Shown: piece after piece, positions 13,501-27,600 of the stretch
Position numbering within the stretch: the first letter of the stretch is position 1
Layout: each line of letters opens with the position of its first letter
DNA from: Paraspadella gotoi
Lineage: Eukaryota; Animalia; Chaetognatha
NCBI GenBank assembly: GCA_051294375.1
Contig: CM119267.1
Location: 4,571,885 to 4,635,884 of the forward strand
Length of the DNA stretch: 64,000 nt
Reading direction: 5' to 3'
Notes under the pieces: generated by a model
Database searches by the model: none
What the model was told of the DNA's origin: nothing
Seen by the model: only the letters and a program-made list of their open reading frames with translations
Position numbers and translations under genes: made by a program

Positions 13501-16500
13501 ACTCTTACAAGATAATGAATAGCAGGTCCCTGCCAAGCTTCAACAGACTCTCTCACAGGTCTCGTTTATTCACTCCCAGAGTACACTGCTTTCCCTATAA
13601 TGAAGTGGTACTAATAGTTCAAAGAATGTTTCAATTGTATGAAAAGACCACTCCCTTAAGTATTAGATTCGGGGAATACTTTATTTGTACTCCGCACTAG
13701 CATCAAAATACAAGAGAGCTGAAATTAATGAAATTGGTAACGCCTCGAAATTCTGGTGTTGAAAATTTCGTTATCTTCTTGACACTCTTATTAATACCGT
13801 TACTGTTTTTGTGTTCAAATATTGTTAATATCGTTTTTGTTATTAAAAAAAAAAGGAGCGGAAGCTTTTTGTATTTACCAGCATATTTTATTGATTTTGA
13901 GCGTGTTGAATTTTATTGTTTTGTTGATTGTAGTTTTATTATGATTAGTGTTGAGGTCCCTCAATTTTTTGCCGACATTTTTTGCCTCTCTTCTCCCTCT
14001 CTCCAGTCCCGCGTCAAATACCTCAACGTCGGTCGCGACATGCGCGAGTTCGAGGAGCAGCGCTACGCCCGATGGTCCGATCACGTGGAGGCGACTCTGC
14101 CCGGCCTCCTCAAGCGGAACCTCTTGGCGCGGATGGACGAGCGGTTGGCGTTGGGCGGCGCCGCGGAGGCCAAGGCGCCGGAGAGGGATGTCCCGGGGGA
14201 GCACGGTGAGTTTGGGGAGAAGAGGGGAATAAGAAGGATGGAGGCTGAGAGAAAATGTGGAGAAGATTAGTTAAAGGAGGTATTATAAAATACAAAATTG
14301 AAATATTATAGTTTTAGCACTGTGTTTATCCTTTCTTTTTGTTGTTTGTGTGAATTTAGGAGAGAAACGAAAAATTTCGTTTTAACAACAAATGATTTTA
14401 TTTAGATTAAAAATTGGGACATGTTTCGACTCGTTGGTTTTCAAATGCTGATGAAGACTTACCCACTCATGACCCCCCACCCCCTCTCCTTCAGGAGAAG
14501 TCAAGTTCGTTGTCGACTTCGCTCCCGAACTTTCCCTCATCATCATCGAGACGAAATACATGGAGCAACTCGGGTTCGCGGTGCCGGACTTGGCCCGCAA
14601 CGTGGCGCTGCAGGAGGAAAAGTACATCACCCACGTGGACGGTCTCAAGCACATGCTGGCGCGGTACCATGCCGTCCTGGCATCGCTCGACGACGCCGAG
14701 CTCAATCTCCTGCAGGCGCACATTCAGGATTTGAGGAGAGTCATCAGACCCGGAAGCAAGAGGCTCAATTGGAACTCGTTGGGTAGGAAAGGGAGCTGGG
14801 GTTGGACTTGGGAGCTGGGGTTGGATGGGATTGGGTAGCTGGGGTTAGATGGGAGCGGAAGAGAAGAAAAATAGAGTCGATCCGAAACATCTTTGACACA
14901 GGTAGAAGAAATAAGTTTCCGATGCTGTCATTCAGTCTTAAAACGTCGAAGGTGACCCAATCAGAATAGTTCTCTCGAGCTCTCGACCATCCCCGCCCCA
15001 CGCCCCCATCCCCCGATCCAACAGGCATCACCGACTTCATCGGCAAGTGTCAACAGGCGATCGCCAAGTTGGAATCGCTCGTCAACCAGATCCAGAAGAA
15101 CGCCAAGGACATCAACCTTCGACTGAAGATGATGGAGACGACTGACCTTTTCAAATACCCGCCCAAGAAATTCGGAGATTATCATCCCAGCGCCAAGGTT
15201 CGATCATTGTGGTTGTAGTAACCTGTATGAATCTTCGGGTATATGGTTACAAGGTTACAATTTATGTTTTGGGGAGTCAGAAGACTTCGTTGGTTATGTG
15301 GTCCTCTTGGTCTTTTCGTGAAATGGAATGCGTCAGCAATAGGTGAGATCGTTTACAAATCTTACTCCGCTGATTTTTACTAAGTCTTACCGTATATGAA
15401 AAACGAGCAAAGAAAATTCAAAATGTTCATTCAAGTTCGTAAGTTTTTAAATCTAAATTTTGTCATTGGCGGGTTTTGAATTGTCACCTTGTTACAGTAG
15501 AAAATATTAGTAGCAAAACAAAACCAACCTTACAAAATAAAACAAAACAAAAAACAGGAATTCTTCGAAAACATCGAGCGAGAGAGAATCAAAGACTTCG
15601 AACTCCTGGCTCGACGCTACAAAGCCATCGGTCCGCTGCTGACAAAGATGGAGGGACTCGTCGTCCTCACCAACACGGGAAAGTCACCAAAGCTTAAGAA
15701 TTACTATGCTCATTGGGAGGCGAGGTGAGGGGAGGGTAGGTGGGGGTGAATTGTGAGTCTAGATGTAATGTAATGTAAGGTAATGTAAACAGTTCATGAG
15801 ATGGGCTGCTACTGCGCCACAAGACTGTGAGATATCGCAGTAGATAAAGCTAAGCGAGTGGGTCCGTCAGCGGTTTAGGCTCAAGCGAGAAATAATCCTT
15901 GAATTTTCGGGTGTACACTGTACACTGCACTGTATAGTGCACACTGTGTACAAGCTCATAACAGTTTGCTCCTAGAAATTTGATGCTCGTGCGCAATACA
16001 ATAGAATTCCCCGATCTTAAGGGAGTGGTCCTTTTATACAATTGAAAAAGTTTCCGGAAACATTATACCGCTTATTGATAGGGAGTTAATAAACTTGTGA
16101 TTATCTTGTAATACTAATAGGGCAAGATTTACTGAATTTACTGAATAAATAGTCAATTTTTTTCATTGTTTGTACCAATTTCTTACATTCTCGTTGATCT
16201 TGTAAACTAACCTAATTCGTTGCCAGGATCTTTCGCACGCTCACAAAGTTAGTGACTGACAACTTGAAGAGATTCAACAGAGCGATACTTTCCTCACCCA
16301 CGCCGCTCTTTCAGGTTTGATATCATTTTTAAATATTTATGTATTGTATACATTAAAATCAAATATTTACTTAATATTTTTTTGTGGGGGATTGTCATTT
16401 CTTTAAGAATTTAATTATCAAAATATTTATTTACGAATTCATTTATTAATTTCTTTATTTAATCATTTATTCGTCGTTAACGTTGCCGTCCTTAAACTCT

Positions 16501-18896
16501 GCGACAGGTGGAAACGTTGCTGGCTGCACCCGACGTCGTCCTGCATCCACCCGCGAACGAGATCAGCAAACTCTGCCTCCAGTGCGTCCGGGATTGCATC
16601 GAAGGGTGAGTCTGTCACATGGTCTTTCTGTCTGTCCCTCTCTTCTCTCTCTCTCTCTCTCTCTCTCTCCCTCCTTCTCCCTCTCTCTTCGCACTCTCCC
16701 TCTTCCCCCACCCCCACACCCCTTCCGTTCGCCGCAGCACCAAGATCTTCGTCGCTGGAAAGTGGGGGACCTGCATCGAGACCCCACCCCAGAAAGTCGA
16801 GGGTGAGACGAACCATCCTCTTCACTTTCTTCTCGACGTCGCGCAAAATGCGGATGTCATCGATTACTTCTCGACGGTGCAGGTGAGGGACGAAGAGGAT
16901 TTGTTTATGCCTTTTGTTTGATTGTTTGTTTTGTTTTGTTTTGTTTTGATTGTTTTATTTTTTTGTTTGATTTAGTTTTTCATATTTGTTAATGTTTTGT
17001 TCATTTGTTTAGTTGTTTTTTTATTTTGGTTTATTTTTTTTGTTTTGTTTTGTTTTAGTTTTTGTTTATTTTTTTTCATTTTTGTTTATTTTGTTCAGTT
17101 TACTTTTTTTTAGTTTTTTTTTATTCGTCTTTGTTTATTTTTGCTCTATTTTTTCGTTTGTTTCAACTTTTTTTAGTTTGATTTATTTTTTTATACTATT
17201 CATTTTAATTTGTTGTTTTTCATGTGTATTTTTTTTTTATTTAATTTGTATGGTATGGTTGTTTTTTGCGAACCGAACAATCAGATTGTGCAATGATTCG
17301 CCCAAGTGTGATAAAACTCTGAATATATGTATATATATATATATCGACTATATTTTAGTACAAAATTTAACAAAAAAATTGGCCAGAGTTCTCGCCCCGT
17401 TTCAACACCAAGTATTTCACCCCAATCTTCTTTTCCACCCCCCCCCCCGCCTAACCCAATTCAGACAAACTTTTCACGTTCGTTGAGCAACATGCAAAAA
17501 TATCTGAGCAGATGGAAGTTGTTCAGAATCTGTGGAAAGTCGACAAGTCTTCGGTGCTGGAGCGATGGTACACGAAGGCCCCGACGGTGGTGGAGTTCGA
17601 TGACGACTCCAGTTCTACACGAAGACGATTGACGAGGTGATGGAAGCAGGGATGAATGGAGGAGCGAACGAAGATGTATTGAAGGAATTAATGTATGAAG
17701 TGAATGAATGAAAGAAGGAATGATGAATAAATAAAAGAATGCAATGAATTAATGAATGAATGATTGAATAAATGAACAAACGAAGTAATGAATGAATGAA
17801 TTAACGAACGAAGTAATGAACGAATTACTCAATCCCGTCGCAGATCAAAAACTGCCGATGTACAAGGACCAAGAGATCATCCGCCTGCACATGGCGCCGC
17901 TGGCCAACTCGTGATCGAACACGCCAAAGCCTGGGTCCAATGTCTGGGCAAGTTGCTCACGACTCCCGCCAAAAGAAAACACTCTTCAACCTGAGGGCGG
18001 AGATGGACGTCAAGAAGGAGGATCTCAAGCGTTCGTGGAAGGAAGGGAAGGTGGGGGTTGGGGGGCGTAGGAGGAGACTTATCTTTCTTTGTGTCTCTCT
18101 CTCTATCTGATTTGTTGGAGTAGACTTCACTTTTCTTTGAGTCTTGCATTTTATTTTGAGGGGCGTAAAAATTTAAGTTCGTAATTTTTTTTTTTTTTTT
18201 ACATCTATTTTCTAAGTTTTAATTTATGTTGAAATTTAATGAAATAATATTATTTTTAGTTTAGAGCTTTATTAAAAGTAAAAGTGTGGCCCGGGTGGGA
18301 TCGAACTCACGACCTTCAGATTGCTCTTTCGTTCATTATGAGACTGACGCGCTGCCTACTGGCTACCGAGGCCTCTGAAATATGGGTAAAATTTCAGCGA
18401 ATGAATACTTAATTCTTTTCTTCATTTTTTTTTTAAGATCCCCGGATACGCTGGACGATCTCAAGTTCGTCCTCAAGACGATCGCCGACATTTAAAGACA
18501 CTTCGTTGACGATCGAATTTAGGATCCTCGACATCAGAGAGATACCAGACCTCATCATGTACCACATACCTGTGAGGATTGGGGAAATGTGAAATTATTG
18601 AGAAAGCCGAAAGTTAAAATGTTTCTTTGGTCTGTGGTCACACTGTAACTGCCCCTTCCCCTCCCCTCCCTAAAAAGATAAACCGAGGAGGAGAAGTCCC
18701 TTCATTCGATCGATCGGCGAAGTCTGGTCGCGTCTCTCCGTGGACTCGCGTCACGTGGACGCGTCACTCGTCGCCGTCAAGAAAAAATTCACGGAAATCA
18801 CTCTGCAGCAAATTAAAGATTTGGAGAGGAGCTCACGGAATTCTACAACCGATTCTGCATGGAGGGGCCGGGAGCAGTGCCCATGATTGGACAAAG
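3662..18896 (+). CDS. DNAH10: DNAH10 N-terminal/tail exons (e.g. 3662-3706, ~4089-4242, 5856-6080, 7879-8041, 11008-11123, 11789-11967, 14496-14782, 15024-15197, 15558-15724)
   Basis: Exon translations such as [79 protein letters not shown]. Some exons fall in N gaps or carry indel errors. Confidence 0.85.
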
Positions 18897-18898
18897 GT

Positions 18899-18932
<34 letters not shown>

Positions 18933-19043
18933 AAACAAAGTTTTTGACGAATTCCTTGTCATTTGGACCAAAAGTTGCTTGATATAAAACGTTGGAAAGG
19001 GAAATTGAGAGAGAGAGAGAGAGAGAGCGAGAGGAGGCGAGAG

Positions 19044-19111
<68 letters not shown>

Positions 19112-21609
19112 AAGGATTGATTTGGAACACAAAAAGAATTAGGTCGAGCAAAAAGATTTCCTGAATGGGCAAGACCGTCATGGGCATGGGAATGAATGGG
19201 AATAAAAGAGCGACTTAGTTTTGAATATTTTAAACAATTTGAAACATTAAATATTTTATATTTTGAAAGTTACTTAGAGTGAGTATTTGTGAGATCGATA
19301 ATTTTTATCGGGAACGGACTATAGCAAAAATAAAAAACAATAGACCAATAAAAATATTGGAGGATCGAGGTATCGATCCGGTACTTCTCGCATGCTAAGC
19401 GAGCGCTCTACCGTTTGAGCTAATCCCCCTTCCACATTTTCTTTGCTCCCCCTGTCATTTGATTACTTTAATCAGATACTTAGATCAGATCTTTTACTGT
19501 TTTATTTTTGCAAAAGGTTTTAATTTCCGGTTTTTACTAAGAATTTTGGTCAAACATAATTCAAGTTAGATATTCTAAAAATAAGAATGTGAATGTTTAT
19601 AAAATAGTCAAATTTTAATATTGGCACAATCAAGTTGGCTCGTTGGTCTAGGGGTATGATTCTTCGCTTAGGGTGCGAGAGGTCCCGGGTTTCAAAATCC
19701 CGGACGAGCCATTTTTTTTTGACAGCGTAATTAACTTATGAAAATTAAAGTAAATAAGTCGTTTTTAAATAAATATACAAACGAAATCACAACTGGGTTA
19801 TTAAATGTCGGTTAATAAAAAATTAAACTACCAATTAGATGCACAATTGGAATACATATTGCACACATTGCAAATATAGCATCGGTGGTCAGTGGTAGAA
19901 TGCTCGCCTGCCACGCGGGCGGCCCGGGTTCGATTCCCGGCCGATGCAGTACTTTTATCAACCATAAAACAATAATTAAAAATAAACAATTATATTGTTT
20001 AAAATTCAAGCTCTGACAGTTGTCCTGGTAGATATAGTGGTGAGTATCCTCGCCTGTCACGCGAGAGACCGGGGTGTCGATTCCCCGCCGGGGAGGGCAT
20101 ATTCATTTTCATACCTTTTTCTTGTTTATTGGATTTTAGATTTTCAAGAAATCAACCGATAATGGTTGAAATTTTTATTTCAGAATTATATATATATAAT
20201 ATATATATATTATATTATATTATATATAACCTTTTTTTTATATATTTATTTTAATAGCCAACCTTATTCATTTTGCATGCACGATCGATGTACAATCTTA
20301 TATTAATTGTAGAGAGAGGTGGTACCGTCAGCATTGTGGCCGACGGTGGTTAAGGCGACTGACTAGAAATCAGTACGGTCTCCGTGCACAGGTTCGAAAT
20401 CCTGTCAACTGCGCAACAACTTTTTATTTAGAAGCTGAAAAATTCTAAATCAAGAGAAAGAAATAAATAATTAAAAAAAAATATTTTTTTCATTTCACTT
20501 CCATTTACGTAAATTGAATTTTCGTATTCATTTATGAAATTGGACAACCAATATAAAAATCATCCATTCATTTAATAAATAATTATAGAATTTTTCTGAC
20601 CAATGAACCAGATTAAAAATTCAGTGAAAAAAACAAAAGGTATTTAAAAAAAATTTATCAACTTACCGTAATTCGTTTTCACTTCCGAAAGGAAGATTGA
20701 GAAAATGAACTCTATGATAGTGAGTTTAGAAATTAGTCACTGTTCTGATTTCAATCAGCTGGTGACCACCGATCGGTTGTGTTCATATTAACCGAATCCC
20801 GACGGTCAAAGCGTTTCGCCGTTTTTCAATTCGTCCTGCGTCCAACGGCCCATCTTTTGTTTCGCAGTCTCTCGCATGAGTCACACCTTGCCATCCATTT
20901 CTTTTCCATAGAGTTTCGATTTTGAAACGATTTGTCCTTTATCAACATTAAAATATGTTCCCGCCCGGGATCGAACGGGGACTTGCGCGTGTGAGCGCAC
21001 GTGATAAACCGCTACACCACGAGAACACGTTGATTATTATTATTTATATAATAGATTACAATTACGTTAAAATAATACAAAAATAATGCAAATATACAAG
21101 TGGGATTGCAAAATGTTCGCTTCCCAAGCGGGGATTCGAACCCGGCCGCGCGGTGAGTGCGCGAATCCTACCACTAGAGCCACAATGAGAAGCTGAGAGA
21201 ATTCTTCTTTTTTTCCCGTATAAATAATTCGATCTTTCAGTATTCGCGACATTTCACCTTCTAATCAGGAATGGACGACATGAAGTCCTAACAAGACAGA
21301 ACTGACCAAATACGAAACGACCCGTTCGGACCTGGCCAGCGCGGAGAAGCTCTTCGAGCTGGCCCATCACCTTGTACCCGGCCGAACCTGCTTCAGTGCA
21401 GAAGGACAATGAAGGCTCTCGAGCAGATCTACGCCTCTGTACGAGAGCAGAATGTGAGTGGGTAGTATGTGGGCTGGCGATGTGGGGAGAGAAGGAATGT
21501 TTGGTAAAAATGTGAGGATGGTACGATTATTGCATTTGTCCTTGGCCGGTGACTCATTAATTGTATACCACTTTTGATCAATCTCTCTTAACTATCCTTC
21601 CACTTTAAG

Positions 21610-21657
<48 letters not shown>

Positions 21658-24600
21658 CTTTGCACTGAACTTATCTTCTTCGTCCCTTACCCTCCCCCCC
21701 TTTTTTTCCCCTCTCCCCCAGAAAGCCCGCGTCGGAATGGCGGAGACCCTGTGGCCAACCTGGACGTGCAGCATCTTCAAGACGGGATCGAGACTTTTCT
21801 TGAAGCAGCTGCGTCGGCTGCCCCGCGACGTGAAGAGCATGCCTGGCCAAAGTCGTCGAGGAGAAGATGAGAGAATTCAAGATTCCATTCCGCTTTTTCT
21901 CGATCTCAAGAACGAGCGTGTGAGGAGAGGTGGGAGTTGATGTTGTTGTTGTTGATGTCGTGGTCGTTGTTGTTGTTGTTGTTGTGCTGTCGCGGGTATC
22001 TGTTATTTATTGTAGCCTTTTTATCGTCCTTAATTATTTTATATTGTTGTTTACAATTACCTTAATTTTAATTCTTACAAATAAAAACTGGTTATATTAG
22101 CCGTATTTGCAGGATGTCTCCAATCTCATGGAGAAATGGAAAGTACTTTTTTAAATCATTAAACAGTTAATACTTCAATTGCAAATTCGATTCTTTCTCC
22201 ATCAGGCATTTGTGATGGAGTTGAGTCCGAAGACGGGTAAAAGACTTCGACATGAAGTCCGGAGCTTTCACGGCTGGCGAATCTTTTCTGATGGAACTTC
22301 AGGCAATTATCAAAAGGACACAATCGCCCGAAATCGTCACTTCGGCCAATGAAGGAGCTCAGCATCGAGAGGGTGAGAGAGTGAGGTGTTGGTGAGAGTA
22401 TTTGGTGAGATCATCTTTTGATGGTGAGTAACAGTACGATAGTTTGATTTGTAAGTGTAACACTAAAATACTGGTATTAACTGACATTTTCCTATATAGA
22501 ATATGTTTTGTTTTAAATGCGCATAGCCATATTTTATTTTATTTTTTTTTTTAAAATCGATCGCTTAAAATAATAGTGGCAAACTTGTTTAATTGAATTT
22601 GTTGATTTGAATAGGTACAATTTTTACGTAAAATCAGTCCTATAAAATATGGGCATTAGTTAGCAAGTGGATTTAAAAAGGATTCAAAAAATACACTTTT
22701 TTCTCTCCTTCGCTTTCCGCTCGCTTACCATCTGCTCCTCTCTCTGCCTCTTCTCACCGCAGGGTGTTTTTGAAAGAGATCAAGAAACTTGGACAACATT
22801 CAATTCAAACGTGCACGCGCTACATGGAAGGGAATTCCGGAGCGAGGCTACATCTCGGCTCCGTTCGACGAGGTGCTGCATGATCCTCGACGACAAGCCA
22901 TGAAACATGCAGAAGGATGTCCGCCTCCAGGTCTGAAGGAAATAGTGAGACGGGAGAGATTACGATGTTCTATTCGACCGTCGCGAGCGAGAGGAGAAAT
23001 AAAAAAGTTTTAATATTGACGTCCGGCGATTACAAAGTCGCTAATAGTGGATTTGTCCGTCGAATCCGTTGAAAAAGCTTCGTGAATTTTTTTTTAAAGT
23101 TTTATTAATTATGTGTCGAACCATATTCAACTTCCTTTGCACGCCATTCATATCAATCATTTATATGCGTCATTCTACATGATTTTTAAATATATACTTT
23201 CAAGTTGTATTTAAACCATTTATTCGATTCAAATTCATTACGTACCTACGATATTTGATTCCATTTACTGACGTCATATAGCTCATTCCTCAATCATTGA
23301 TTCCTTCCGTTCCTCTATTCATCCTTCCCATCCAGATTCATCGGCCCCCTTTTCTTCAACACGGTCCCAAAACTGGGAGAGTCTCTCTCGCCTGATCCTT
23401 GACGGTCATCGAAGTCTGGATGGTTGTCCAGCGGAAAGTGGATGTACTTGGAGAGCCATCTTCGTCCGGCAGGAGACATCAGTCGGGCAGTTGCCTGAAA
23501 AAAATAGAGGAGTGGAGGGGCCAAGAAAGTTCGACACCGACTCGACAAGACATTTAAAAAGGTCGGAGGGTTCAAGTGGCGGCGTCAAAAATGTAACCAT
23601 TTAAAATATAATCTACGGCTTCTTTCGTGCGTTGTAAAGTTAAATTGACCTTTGGAGCACAAACATTAGAGGCGTTGAAAAATAACAAAAATTATAACAA
23701 ATCAAATGAGGTACATAGCTAATTTTAGTGTAATGTAGTCTGTAGAATTCGATGGTGATGACCCATTTTTTTGTATAATTTTATCTTCTTTTGTCCGAAA
23801 ATAAGGGTTATTTAATGTATATACACATTATTAAAACCATTATAACGTTATGATAAAGTCCAAATTATTAAAATTTTATAAAATTTATATGAGGGCTTTT
23901 GAAATATAAAAATAAAGATTTATAGAAAATATTTTGGTAGTTTATTTCTAAATTTTATGTTTTATAAAAAGTAGTTAACTATATTTATTAATAAACTTAT
24001 GAGTAAAACTTGGGCTAACAGTTAAAAAATAATAATTTCAAATTTTTTTCATGGACTTTGCATTCCTTTGCAAAAAGTTGATATAAGAACAATATAATTT
24101 TTATATTCAAAATTAGTCATTAAAGTTGGTCAAAATTCAGAACAAACTATAATTTTTAAGCCCAAATTGAAAAATTAAACACAACAATAATACGTTGTTA
24201 ATATTTTTAACCTACTTAATGAAGAATTTTTTAAATGGATTATATTTTCTTATATCAACTTTTTTGTAAGGTAATTCAAATCTGGTTTTAAAATTTAAAA
24301 TTTTATTTTTTCCACTTTAGCTTAATTTTTTATTATTATTTATTAATAAATATAGCTTAACAAACTATTTATAAAATATAAAATTTGTAAATAAACTTAC
24401 CAAAATATTTATATTGTTCTTTATTTCATATTATGTAAGTTACAATATGGCTTTTTATAAATCTTAATAATTTGAGTTTCTTATACTCTACAACTGTTTA
24501 GCTGCATTTTAATAGCAGCCTTATATGCTTGCAAAATCGCCATATTCAGACAAAGAAGATGAGCTATACAAAAAATGGTTATCATCATCGAATTACAGAC

Positions 24601-27600
24601 TTGTTATTACAACTAAAATAGCTATGTACATCACTTGATTTGTTACTATTTCGTTATTTTTCGNNNNNNNNNNNNNNNNNNNNNNNNNTCGCCGCAGCAC
24701 CAAGATCTTCGTCCGCTGGAAAGTGGGGACCTGCATCGAGACCCCACCCCAGAAAGTCGAGGGTGAGGACGAACCCATCCTCTTCACTTTCTTCTCTGAC
24801 GTCGCGCAAAATGCGGATGTCATCGATTACTTCTCGACGGTGCAGGTGAGGGACGAAGAGGAATTTGTTTTATGCCTTTTGTTTTGATTGTTTTGTTTTG
24901 TTTTGTTTTGTTTTGATTGTTTTATTTTTTGTTTGATTTATTTTTCATATTTGTTAATGTTTTGTTACATTTGTTTAGTTGTTTTTTTATTTTTGGTTTA
25001 TTTTTTTTGTTTGTTTTGTTTTAGTTTTTGTTTATTTTTTTTCATTTTTGTTTATTTTGTTCAGTTTTACTTTTTTTAGTTTTTTTTTATTCGTTTTGTT
25101 TATTTTGCTCTATTTTTTCGTTTGTTTCAACTTTTTTTAGTTTGATTTATTTTGTTTATACTATTCATTTTTAATTTGTATGTTTTTCATGTGTATTTTT
25201 TTTATTTAATTTTGTATGGTATGGTTGTTTTTTGCGAACCGAACCAATCAGATTGTGCCAATGATTCGCCCAAGTGTGATAAAACTCTGAATATATGTAT
25301 ATATATATATATCGACTATATTTTAGTACAAAAATTTAACAAAAAATTGGCCAGAGTTCTCGCCCCCGTTTCAACACCAAGTATTTCACCCCAATCTTCT
25401 TTTCCACCCCCCCCCCCGCCTAACCCAATTCAGACAAACTTTTCACGTTCGTTGAGCAACATGCAAAAATATCTGAGCAGATGGAAGTTGTTCAGAATCT
25501 GTGGAAAGTCGACAAGTCTTCGGTGCTGGAGCGATGGTACACGAAGGCCCCGACGGTGGTGGAGTTCGATGACGACTCCAGTTCTACACGAAGACGATTG
25601 ACGAGGTGATGGAAGCAGGGATGAATGGAGGAGCGAACGAAGATGTATTGAAGGAATTAATGTATGAAGTGAATGAATGAAAGAAGGAATGATGAATAAA
25701 TAAAAGAATGCAATGAATTAATGAATGAATGATTGAATAAATGAACAAACGAAGTAATGAATGAATGAATTAACGAACGAAGTAATGAACGAATTACTCA
25801 ATCCCGTCGCAGATCAAAAACTGCCGATGTACAAGGACCAAGAGATCATCCGCCTGCACATGGCGCCGCTGGCCAACTCGTGATCGAACACGCCAAAGCC
25901 TGGGTCCAATGTCTGGGCAAGTTGCTCACGACTCCCGCCAAAAGAAAACACTCTTCAACCTGAGGGCGGAGATGGACGTCAAGAAGGAGGATCTCAAGCG
26001 TTCGTGGAAGGAAGGGAAGGTGGGGGTTGGGGGGCGTAGGAGGAGACTTATCTTTCTTTGTGTCTCTCTCTCTATCTGATTTGTTGGAGTAGACTTCACT
26101 TTTCTTTGAGTCTTGCATTTTATTTTGAGGGGCGTAAAAATTTAAGTTCGTAATTTTTTTTTTTTTTTTACATCTATTTTCTAAGTTTTAATTTATGTTG
26201 AAATTTAATGAAATAATATTATTTTTAGTTTAGAGCTTTATTAAAAGTAAAAGTGTGGCCCGGGTGAGGATCGAACTCACGACCTTCAGATTGCTCTTTC
26301 GTTTCATTATGAGACTGACGCGCTGCCTACTGCGCTACCGAGGCCTCTGAAAATATGGGTAAAATTTCAGCGAATGATCTTAATTCTTTTCTTCATTTTT
26401 TTTAAGATCCCCGGATACGCTGGACGATCTCAAGTTCGTCCTCAAGACGATCGCCGACATTAAAGACACTTCGTTGACGATCGAATTTAGGATCCTCGAC
26501 ATTCAGGAGAGATACAGGACCCTCATCATGTACCACATACCTGTGAGGATTGGGGAAATGTGAAATTATTGAGAAAGCCGAAAGTTAAAATGTTCTTTGG
26601 TCTGTGGTCACACTGTAACTCGCCCCCCTTCCCCTCCCCTCCCGTAAAAGATAACCGAGGAGGAGAAGTCCCTTCATTCGACGATCGGCGAAGTCTGGTC
26701 GCGTCTCTCCGTGGACTCGCGTCACGTGGACGCGTCACTCGTCGCCGTCAAGAAAAAATTCACGGAAATCACTCTGCAGCAAATTAAAGAATTTGGAGAG
26801 GAGCTCACGGAATTCTACAACCGATTCTGCATGGAGGGGCCGGGAGCAGTGGCCCATGATTTGNNNNNNNNNNNNNNNNNNNNNNNNNCATTTTGACAAG
26901 GTAGACTGAGAGAGAGAGAACGAGAGAGAGAGAGAGAGAGTAGAGATTGAGGAGAGATGCAGAGAGGAGAGAGAGGAGAGAGAGAGGACGTTGATTTGAG
27001 AAGGGAAATATATGATAAAGAGTGACGGAGAGAGAGGATGCAATAGAGATTAGCGATAGAAAGAGAGAACAGAACAGTAAAAATTTGGAGGCTCCATATT
27101 GTCATGACAGACTGACCCTTCGAATCCCGGATATCACTGGATGCAGAGTGGATTGAAATAATGCTTACTTTCCTCAAGTCCTCGAATTGCAAGAACACAG
27201 ATAAAAACGTTCGGTTAGCTGCGGAGAACGTATTCACATGGTTGTGCAAGAGTATGAAGAGACAGAAACAAACATAACGACGAATAAATATATAAATAAA
27301 AAATTAATAGAAATAGAAATTGTAAATAAATATTTATAGATAATTAAATCTTAAAAGAATGACAACCCCCACAAAAAAATATAAGTAAATATTTTGATTT
27401 AAATGTTAATACATAATATTATTTAAAAATGATATCAAACCTGAAAGAGCGAGCGTGGGTGAGGAAAGTATCGCTCGTTGGAATCTCTTCAGTTGTCAGT
27501 CACCAACATTTGTGAGCGTGCGAAAGTATCCTGGAACAAATTAGCAGACAAATGAACGAGAATGTAGACTGAATTGGTACACACCACAATGAAACAAATT

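Noticed and set aside
17453-17466. aacccaattcagac, similar to the RNase P RNA CR-V motif
   Set aside because: It coincides with a DNAH10 splice acceptor and no CR-I motif is visible upstream
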